Shown: piece by piece, positions 53,740-64,000 of the stretch | How the letters are laid out: every line of letters begins with the position of its first letter | Position numbering within the stretch: position 1 is the stretch's first letter | Source of the DNA: Octopus vulgaris | Taxonomy: Eukaryota | Reading direction: 5' to 3' | DNA length: 64,000 nucleotides | NCBI GenBank assembly: GCA_951406725.2 | Contig: OX597822.1 | Coordinates: 61,256,001 to 61,320,000 of the forward strand | Made by a program: the position numbers and the translations under genes | Notes under the pieces: model-generated | Seen by the model: the letters and a program-made list of their open reading frames with translations, nothing else | What the model was told of the DNA's origin: nothing | Databases searched by the model: none

Positions 53740-54615
53740 TATATATATATATATGACTAAGGAAAATAATCTGATAAAGGGGCATATAAGCCCTTGACAG
53801 AAAAAAGAAGGCTTTCCTGTCAAGGAATATCCCCCTTTATTAGACTATTTTCCTTAGTCATTGCACAGTGGTCGCCATAGGCTTTAAGCTTGTATAAAAA
53901 CACCATTATTATTGTTTACAGGATTGTAAAAACGGCGCCGTATAAAAAAACATTCGCAGTGAAAGCATATATATATAGGCATATGAATCTGCGTGCGCAT
54001 CTATGAATGTAATTATCTTATTGTACAAGTATACAATACTTGTCTGTATATATGTCTATATGATGGATGCTTTAAGTGACGACTTCCTGTCTGTTTGCTT
54101 CCTGCTATTTTAATTTTTTACTCTCACGTAACCCGAAATATGTCAGACAAGATAATCACTTATGAAATATGCCACACTGACCTGCTAACCTCCTTGCCTT
54201 TTCATTCTTTATTTCTTCTTATCTTTTTGTTCTATAAAAGAGCAAAAGTATAATGTATTCTGTGGTTTTGTATGGATATTGTACCCTGAAGATATAATTC
54301 TTTTATCGTGTACTATAAGTGCAATGACAAAATAATTATTGAAACGGTCGTAGGAACGAGCATATTGGGTGTTTAATGGTGTGTGTGTAAGTGTGTGTGT
54401 ATAAAACATATATGCATTTAAATGTATAGCACACACACACATATATACATACATGCATACAAATATATCTATATCTATCTATCTCTCAATCTATCCGCTC
54501 CCTCTCAGTCCCCATGTCTCCCTGTCTCCCCATCTCTCTGTATATATGTGTGTGTATGTCTGTGTGGGTTTGTACATATATGTAGATGTATAGACGCGCA
54601 CACATATATGTATAA

Positions 54616-54683
<68 letters not shown>

Positions 54684-54705
54684 AAATATATATATATATA
54701 TATAA

Positions 54706-55101
54706 CTAGCAGTATCGCCCGGCGTTGCTCGGGTTTGTAAGGGAAATAACTATAAAGCATTTTTAGAGAGTTATAGCCAAAAATTAGCAAAAAAATGCAT
54801 TAAAAATGGAAAAGAAATGATGGTAAATTTTTTTTAAATCGTTGACTCATCGTAGACATTTTTAGAGAGTTACTTCCCTTATATAATAGCGAAAAAATGC
54901 ATTAAAATGGAAAAAAATGATGGTAAATTATTTTTTAAATCGTAGACTCATAGTAGACGCGCGCTAATACCCAGAAGGGCTCGATAGGAATCACGACTAT
55001 AAGATACCCGGTTTGGGTTAAACTGCACCGCAAAATGTGGGAGTAGTTAGGAATCTAAATTGTAGGAGACAGACACACAACTTCACTTTTATATATAAAG
55101 A
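54706..55101 (-). mobile_element. Non-autonomous Helitron (copy 2)
   Basis: Inverted near-identical copy of 32700-33102 with TC and CTAG ends. Confidence 0.9.
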
Positions 55102-55184
55102 TTAATCCCCCAGAAAGCGAGGAAAAACGCAAAAAAAAAACAACAACGTGAAGACGTGGTACATGCAATATACATACATACATA

Positions 55185-55244
<60 letters not shown>

Positions 55245-55345
55245 CATACATACATACACACACACATTTTATATCAATATCTATCCATCTGACAATGGGT
55301 GTTTTTCGTATGCATGTATATAACATACATACATACATACATATA

Positions 55346-55397
<52 letters not shown>

Positions 55398-55757
55398 GGT
55401 GGAATGACATGAAAGAATTCATCAATTTTTTAATCAAAAGGAAGATAAGGGTTGTTAATGGAATTAACATGAGGAATATTGGTATATAGCTTGAGAAAGA
55501 CAGACAAGAAAATATTAGTCATACAACAACGATGAAGCGATATTGGAATATTAAAATATTTCAGTTCATGGTATTCAGTAACAATGTTCAAAGACAAATC
55601 AAAATTACACGGAGATTAACTGAAGATTAAATTAAAATTAAATAAATATTAACTAAAGACTTAATAACAACCATTACTCGTCGTTTTTGCTTTTTTTGCA
55701 TGGTGTACTATCTTGTTTCAGAAATGGGAGCATTGCAATTTTTTTATTATTTTTTAA

Positions 55758-56130
55758 AATTTCATCTAGTTTCAGCTCACGTGCTGTGGCCATGCTGGGG
55801 CATCGCCATTTGGTGCTGCTACATAATTTTATTTCATGAATGCTTTTTAGCAATTGACATTTGGTGCATGAAAGAGTTTGATGCAGCTGCCCTCATCTGC
55901 ACCTCCTGCCGCGAAGATGGTTCATCTGGGACACCTGACAGGAAGAGGTCCAGCTTTATTTTGAAAACACCTACATCCACCCTATGCAGGTCTCTCAGGT
56001 CCTTCGGGAGGATATTGAAGAGCTGTGGACCTTTGAAGCCCAGGCTATTGCAGTATCATGTCATACATCTTAATGGCAAATTTGGAGTCCTTGGCACTAT
56101 GCAGTGGCGCCCAGTTCTAGTATTTGCAAA
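55758..56130 (-). mobile_element. CR1-clade LINE 3' end including its 3' tail (same family as 11648-12817)
   Basis: Reverse complement matches 12505-12795; continues into tail ggcgatgccccagcatggccacagcacgtgagctgaaactag. Confidence 0.88.
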
Positions 56131-57108
56131 TATATTTTGATTAGTAAATAAAATGCAATTGTCGTACAGTGCTGCAACAATACTAGAATATTGTATGAAA
56201 AAAAGATTGTTCCTTATTCAGAAATCTTTTGTGCATGCAATTATTAAAATATGTCAGTTAAATTATGTCGAAAATGTGAATAAGCAGAAAGCTTGTCATG
56301 ACTATTATGTGTGTATATGTTCAAAACTATTTGATGATTACATTCAGGTGAGTTACCTTAACACTTGTAACAACTTCCCCGACACTAGACCAGTACTATT
56401 TGGTCCCAAAATCCCTGTTTATTTGTGACTAGAAATGGGCTCCAACACACTTGAACTTCGTATAGAAAGACGACAAAATATTTTCATGTTGTTGGTTGAA
56501 ACGTATCCGAAACTTGCATCTGAAAATCAGGTTGTAGTATGGAGGGAAAGCTCGATAACCATTTGAAAAGCAATACCAAAATGAGATCTACATCCATATT
56601 ATACCAACATGGACTACATAACCACGATGAGTCAATCAATGAACTCACTGAGGATATACACTTCTTTATAGCAAATTCTAAGACAAGTGCATTAGTTTCT
56701 GTTCGTAAGTACTAATCTAGTCTTAAGTGTAAATCCGAATGGTGAAATATCAACGCCCTATACTTTGATTAATATTACACATCGAAACATGGAAGGAATT
56801 TCTTTATATTCTTATAATATCCAATCACAGCTAAAACTTTTAACCATTCAAATTTATTTCAGTCCTGATTCACGCTGTGTAATGCAAAACATCGCGTTAA
56901 CTTAGGACGAGCTATCTAAATTACAAATATGCAAATTAAGCTACCCACTTTGGTAATACTTTGATTCCTGGCTGCTTTATATGTATCACTTGAATATCCT
57001 TTTTTTATCGACTGTAGAAAAAAATCAAGCAGGTCCTCTCTGAGGAGTGGCCAAAAAACTACGAAACATCCGACAGGAGCCTCTCCACTCTTTTTTCAGT
57101 TTATTGAA

Positions 57109-57694
57109 GGGAAAGACTTCCGCCCGTCCCCCGCCCCCATTTTCTCCCAAATTCGAATATTAAATAAAATTTTCTTCCTTTGCGAAAATCCCCCGTTTTT
57201 GGATACCGGAGGTTCCAGAAAATTGCCAAAGATCGGCGTTGTTAAATTCCTCCCCCACCCATTTGACCTAAATTCTTAAATTTTGACGTTTTTCCCCAAC
57301 ACTAACCCTAACCCTAATCGTAACTACAGATATGTTTTGAAATTTTTGTCCAAATCATAATGTCCGTATTTTTCCGCATATTTAGAAAAAAAAAAATTCT
57401 TAAAAAAATGTTTTACAAAAATTTTTGGAAATTTTTTTCAGAATCATAATCTCCGTATTTTTCCTCATATTTTGAAAGAAAAAATTTCTGAAAAAAAGTA
57501 AAAAGAAAAAAAATGAAGAAAATGGAGGTGGGGTGGGGTTAATTTAAAAATGCCTATTTTTGCCAATTTTTTGGCTGATTCGTATTCCCCATAGCCGAAA
57601 AGGGTGGTTTGTGTTGAAAAAAAAAAAAAAAAAAAAAAATTTTTTTTAAGGGTGGGTTTTTGGGGGGCAGTAGGGACGGACGGAAGTCTTGCCC
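57109..57694. mobile_element. MITE with GGG...CCC TIRs and a 6-bp TSD
   Basis: attgaa|gggaaagacttccgcccgtccc ... gggacggacggaagtcttgccc|attgaa; internal ctaaccctaaccctaa. Confidence 0.82.
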
Positions 57695-58182
57695 ATTGAA
57701 ATTATAGAAGGAATGGTTTTATATTGTTACTCTATGACTTTCTTGTGTATACATGCATACAAATATATACGCAGGGTCGTCACTAAGCCCGTTGCAGGGG
57801 GCCTCCGCGGTTTAGGGGTCCCATTTTAAGATCAAAGTACATATATGAGTCATCTATGTACTTTGGTTAAGAAGTTAAATGAAAATCTCAAGCCAGACGG
57901 GGTAAAAAATACGAGGGTGTACTGTAAATACAATAAAATAAAGAGAAACGAAAAAAGTAAATGAAAAAAGCTTGTCAACGAATTCCCTAGGGAGATGAAA
58001 GAAGAATGAAAGAAATTCCCGCCCCCAAAAATTGAAAATAAGAACAACTTCAAAAGAAAATAAAGAAAAAGAAGCAATAGTGATGAAAGGTGGGGATGTA
58101 TATTTATACATACCAAAAAAAAGGTAAAAAGGTATGAGCGCGCGCGCACACACACACAGAAGTTAGTGTGTGTATGTGGCTA

Positions 58183-58242
<60 letters not shown>

Positions 58243-58264
58243 CACACATACACACATATATATA

Positions 58265-58625
58265 TGGCTGTGTGGTAAGTAGCTTTATCAACCACATGGT
58301 TACGGGTTCAGTCCCACTGGGTTGCACCTTGGGCCGACCAAAGCCTTGTGAGTGGATTTGGTAGACGGGAACTGAAAGAAGCCCGTCGTATATATGTATG
58401 TATGTGTGTGTATATGTTTGTATGTCTGTGTTTGTCCCCCCAACATCGCTTGACAACCGATACTGTTGTGTTTACGTCCCCGTAACTTAGCGGTTTGGCA
58501 AAAGAGACCGATAGAATAAGTACTAGGCTTACAAAAGAATAAGTCCTGGAGTCGATTTGCTCGACAAAAGGCGGTGCTACTGCATGGCCGCAGTCAAATG
58601 ACTGAAAAAAGTAAAAGAGTAAAAG
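58265..58625 (+). mobile_element. CORE-type SINE (family A)
   Basis: Homolog of 13993-14420 with gtaaaaga tail repeats. Confidence 0.82.
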
Positions 58626-59172
58626 AAAAGAATGGGGGAGAATTCACAAAAAAAAAAAAGAAGACGAAGATGTATTAGTTTAACGCTCCGGAAGTCTTTA
58701 ACATTTCGAGCCTACGCTCGAAGTAGTGTATATATATATATACTACTTCTAAATAATCTTGACAAGTTTTATGACTATACCCACTATGATTCTGTCATTT
58801 CCCTCATGCCCTTTCCTAACAGATACTGCTTTATTGTCTTGGATTTTGATATACAAAAATTTGATAAACTAGGATCATAACTGACCCCCCAAAATCAGTG
58901 ATAAGCTAGAACACTAACAAGTTTCTGTTTTTTCCTGATGTCTTAGTAGCTTCTAAGCTGAAATGAAAACATCATGGACTTTGTTTTCTTACCCTCTTGG
59001 AGGATTTAAGTAAAATTATACATATGTGTCCGACTGTTTAAAGTAATTCTATTTATTTATGCAGCTGAGGATAGCTCTGAATTTAAATTAATGTAATGAT
59101 TGCATTGTTCAATTAAATGGAGTCGCTTAAAACGTTCGTACTTCATCACTTTTGGATATCCTGTTGCTTATT

Positions 59173-59244
<72 letters not shown>

Positions 59245-60209
59245 TAGTAATAGTATAACAACAAAAGGATGAATATAGTAAATCCCCCAAAAAAGAAGAA
59301 CAAACACACACACACACACACACACACACAAAACAACGCGTGAACGTGGTACATGTAAAGTATTAGTAGACGTTCAGGTAAGGAAAGAAAGATGGTTTAA
59401 CGTTTCGAGCAACGCTCTTCTTCATAAACAGAGGAAAGTCCAATGGAAAGGAAGACGGAGGAAGAAAATCGTCAACGATTCACATGTGGTTACATTTTGA
59501 AATGACCGGAAGGGAATGGATGAAGAAAAAGTTCTTTCTAAGACAGGTGAGTGTAACAGAAGGAGGTATGTGTGTATATGTGTGGGTATGTGCGTGCACG
59601 AGAGATAAAAACAGGACAAAATACAAAAAAATATACAATAAGAACGGGACATCACAAACAAGTGAAAATACGTAAACACATAATGAGAGACAAGTACGGG
59701 ACAAAATACCAAAAGAAGTCTAACTCCTCCTCAGTTGTCGATTGTTAATTACTCCTTATTTCGAGCCTTCAACGACAAGATAGGAAGCCTTCATAAAACA
59801 GTAACATCCAGAAATTTTTGAAATATAGAATTTGTGGTGAGTTAGAGCTTCGAACGAGCAAACAACGACAGAGTGGACGTACAGAGTAAACGATCGACGA
59901 AGACAAACATTAAGGGCCGTTAAGCCAAGACGCATTGTAACGGGTAACGCCTGGGAGAAATTTTGAAATGATATAGAATAAATAGAAGAGAAGATAGTAG
60001 AAGAGAAAAAAAGAGGAAAATGTCGGGAGGCGAGGAAAATGACGTCCAGCCAGATGCACGTCGCATCCAGAAAAGACAGAGGTGAGAGAAATGGTTTTTG
60101 TCTTGTACTTATCTCTCGTATTTTTCACTCGTTTCTGATGTCCTGTACTTGATGTATTTTATATCTATTTATTTATAATCGAATGCCACGCAGCCTTGTC
60201 CACAGTAAG

Positions 60210-60291
<82 letters not shown>

Positions 60292-60365
60292 TAGATATAG
60301 ATAGTTATATATGGATATACATAGATAGATAGATAGGTAGATAGATGTATTTATAGAGTTTGCCG

Positions 60366-60386
60366 TGTTTATAATTATACCATATG

Positions 60387-60426
<40 letters not shown>

Positions 60427-60711
60427 CATACCTTGATACTTTGTGGACTAAGATCCCCGTTGACAGGCCGATGGTATTTATAGAGTGTTAAACACTTTCG
60501 GTATACAAATTAGGGACTCCTTCATAGAGTAACTGCTGCATTTGTTGAATACATAAACAGTTCGGCCGCTTGTTTTTCTGGAGACTATCAGAATGATGTA
60601 GACGCCTCTGATGAGAACCTAGTAAGGTTCGAAAATCAATTAAGGTTTCTACATTTTTTCAGTCTGCCGAGAAATGACTAAAATTTGTCCTGTTTATAAT
60701 TATACCATATG

Positions 60712-60714
<3 letters not shown>
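60366..60714 (+). mobile_element. Retrozyme-like / pLTR-like unit (325-bp period) with 24-bp terminal direct repeats and an HHR
   Basis: tgtttataattataccatatgtta at 60366-60389 and 60691-60714, followed by (TA)n. Confidence 0.62.
60596..60654 (+). ncRNA. Type I hammerhead ribozyme, intact core
   Basis: AUGUAGA-C-GCCU-CUGAUGA-GAACCU(AGUA)AGGUUC-GAAA-A(UCAA)U-UA-AGGU-U-UCUACAU. Confidence 0.78.
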
Positions 60715-60763
<49 letters not shown>

Positions 60764-61275
60764 CAAAATTAGAAAATGGAGAAACATACTTAAATCAATC
60801 AAACATCAACCAACAGATGATACCCAATCAATACTTTATTATATATATATATATTCTTATTTTTCTATTTTAGGTCATTGGACTGCGGGCATACCGGGGC
60901 AAATTTTTGAAGGATTTAGTCAAACAAGCGCTAACACAAAGGCACATGCATAAATATACACATGCACACGGATACCCAACCCTCCGTTTTTTTTGTTTGC
61001 TTGTTTTTTTTTGTCTTTGTTGCCATACACATTTGCTAGCTTTCTAACAAACGGGCCTAATGCTCTTAGCTTTGACTTTTTGTGGGGCAACCAGATCGAA
61101 CCATCTCAAGTGTGACTGCCCAAAATGGTCGTGACTTCTGGAATTAAACTGAGAAAAGAAAGCCACGAATGACCCGTCTTTTTTTTTTTTGCTTGTCCTT
61201 CTAATTGTTATTGTCCGTCTATGTATCATCTGTCTGTCCGAATGTTTTAATGTTCTCTATTGCATTTTTGTTCCC

Positions 61276-61625
61276 TGCGTGGCACCTTGGGCAAGTGTCT
61301 TCTACTATAGCCTCGGGCCGACCAAAGCCTTGTGAGTGGATTTGGTAGACGGAAACTGAAAGAAGCCCGTCGTATATATGTATATGTATGTATGTATGTG
61401 TATGTGTGTGTGTTTGTGTGTCTGTCCCCCTAGCATTGCTTGACAACCGATGCTGGTGTGTTTATGTCCCCGTAACTTAGCGGTTCGGCAAAAGAGACCG
61501 ATAGAATAAGTACTGGGCTTACAAAGAATAAGTCCCGGGGTCGAGTTGCTCGATTAAAGGCGGTGCTCCAGCATGGCCGCAGTCAAATGACTGAAACAAG
61601 TAAAAGAGTAAAAGAGTAAAGAGTA
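61276..61625 (+). mobile_element. CORE-type SINE (family A), 5'-truncated
   Basis: ctgcgtggcaccttgggcaagtgtc...gcggtgctccagcatggccgcagtcaaatgactgaaacaa(gtaaaaga)3. Confidence 0.85.
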
Positions 61626-62624
61626 TATAATAAATTAATAAATAAATAAAAAACGTCGAACACAACGAGAAACGAAGACATAAACACGTGTTTATGTTTT
61701 CGTTTCTCGTTGTGTTCGACGTTTTTTGGGTGTCCTGTACCCATATATGCATGTATATATACATGTAGAGGTAGGTACGTACATATATGTATATATGCAT
61801 ATTTTATTTATTTATTAATTTATTATATGACGGAACGCACGCATCCATTTCTAAGTAAGATTGTTCTTAATATATATATACATAGCGTCGTACGTACACC
61901 CTTGTGTTCACCTTATCGTTGGTATGTATCTAAATTTTGTATGACTCTTACTCTATCTTTTATTCCACCTCTCATTTTTCTTCTTTTTTCTCGCTCACCC
62001 TCTCTCACATTTTTGCTCCTCTCTTTCTTTAACTCCCACTATTTCCCACTCGTTTATCTCTTCTCTACCTTTCTCTTTGTCTCTGATTTTTTTCTAATCC
62101 TTCAATTCCGCTGCCCCTACCCATCTCTCCTCCTTCCACGTGACCGGTATCCGGCCTGCCGTGATCTCTCTTTCTTGGCCTGCCTGCCAACCGCCAGCAT
62201 CTCTTATGTCCATCTCCTATGTTCCTGCCTTTAGGTTTTCACTTCATACATGCCAGCTCAATTTGATTCGTTCTCAGTCGAAAGACACCTGTTGTTATTT
62301 CTTGTTGTTTGTATTCGTAATTGTGTACCTTGTTCTCTGTTTTTATGTTTGGTTGTTCTTTTGTCTTTGTTGCCATACACATTCGTTTGCTTTCTTACAA
62401 AGGGGTCTAATGCTCTTAGCTTAGACTTTTTTGGGGCAACCAGATCGAACCATCTCAAGTGTGACTGTCCGAAATAGTCGTGACTTCAGGAACTTGACTG
62501 AGGAAAGAAAGCCATGAATGACCCGTCTTTTTTCGCCTGTCCTTCTAATTGCTGTTTCTCTTGTCCGTCTTTGTATCGCCTACCTGTCCGAATGTTTTGA
62601 TGCCCTCTGTTGCGTTTTTGTTCC

Positions 62625-62693
<69 letters not shown>

Positions 62694-63150
62694 GTCGCGT
62701 CTTGTCCTTACCTTCGGAACGTGGAGTAGATTAAACAGGGACAACTGAAGAAGGGGAATATTCCTTGTGTTGTATATCTTGTTCTCTGTTTTTTCGTTGT
62801 TTGAAAAAAAGTCTGTTTCCATGTTTTTGTTTTTGTTTTCGTTTCTCATTGTGTTCAACGTTTTTTTGGTGTCCTGTACCCATATATGCATGCATATATA
62901 CATATAGATGTAGATATGTACATGTATGTATGCATATGTTTATATATTATTTTGTTATTATATATATATATATATATACGACATGGCTTCTTTTAGCTTC
63001 CGTCTACCTAACCACAAGGGTTTGGGCATCCGATCCAATGCCTAAGGTATCAAGAGCACATGGTTGGGAAGCAAGTTCCTCATCTACACAGCCATGCCTG
63101 CGCCCCTCTCTCTTCTCTCTCTCCCTTCCTCTCTCTCTCTCTCTCTCTCT

Positions 63151-63188
<38 letters not shown>

Positions 63189-63316
63189 GCACGCCGACTC
63201 CCTCACATGCGCACAATGAACAGAAATAATAAATTATATACGTTTATTTCTTATTGGCTTACATCTGATTCAGGTATGCATATCTGAAACAGCCGTAAGC
63301 CTATAACAAATGCATA

Positions 63317-63347
<31 letters not shown>

Positions 63348-63350
63348 GTA

Positions 63351-63466
<116 letters not shown>

Positions 63467-63572
63467 TTACTGATAGGTTTACTCAGTTGCTCTATTAATC
63501 AACTGAATGACCTAAGAAAATTAATGCTATTTTCGTCAGAGCCATTACACACACACACACACACACATACAC

Positions 63573-63634
<62 letters not shown>

Positions 63635-63887
63635 CTATGTATACATATACCATTTGCTCTGAAATGTGTACATACTGAATGTCATTGTCAAAACGGAAGC
63701 GACTTATACAAATAAAACACCATGTTACATAAAATGACTGCTAAGATTAATTACACAGAGTAAATTACTATTTTATAGTATGATTTATGTATGTAATACA
63801 CCATACCTTACAGTTTTGTCGACTATTTACGAGGAAGCCTGTGACCACTAAGGTTAATTAAACTGACTTAATTATTTACCGTTTGTA

Positions 63888-64000
63888 AGGCGGCGAGTTG
63901 GCAGAATCGTTGGCATACCGGGGCGCAAATGCTAAGTGGTATTCTGTCTGTCTCTATGTTCTGAGTTCAAATCCCGCTGGAGTTGACTTTGTCTTTCTTT
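63888..64000 (+). mobile_element. Meta/MESC-type SINE cut by the window end
   Basis: ggcggcgagttggcagaatcgttggc...gagttcaaatcccgc. Confidence 0.75.

Noticed and set aside
57302-57317. CCCTAA repeats as a telomere or fusion scar
   Set aside because: Fewer than three units, and internal to a MITE.

Overview
AT-rich eukaryotic DNA saturated with microsatellites ((TA)n, (CA)n, (TACA)n, (AAT)n, (GA)n, (TTC)n) and interspersed repeats. The repeat families (tRNA-derived CORE- and Meta/MESC-type SINEs, RTE, CR1, R4/Dong and Penelope relics) suggest a cephalopod, Octopus-like genome; this is inferred, not proven. Only one intact host gene is supported: an intronless class A GPCR at 46606-47469 (+). 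The other protein-like signals are decayed transposons: CR1 RT, an L1/Tx1 LINE, R4/Dong endonucleases, RTE, Penelope RT/GIY-YIG, mariner, Tigger/pogo and a Helitron helicase. Most ORF-track entries are microsatellite translations. The most interesting hidden layer is RNA. About ten hammerhead-ribozyme (HHR) cores were found by eye, three with an intact core. They occur in small units with terminal direct repeats next to TA tracts (retrozyme-like: 1477-1881, 60366-60714), at the 3' end of a Penelope element, and downstream of a tRNA-derived head. Also notable are a 760-bp spacerless palindrome, a SINE head fused to an L1/Tx1 LINE, a visible LINE-SINE shared tail, and MITEs with unusual target-site duplications (TSDs). 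Coordinates were counted by hand; repeat boundaries are approximate.
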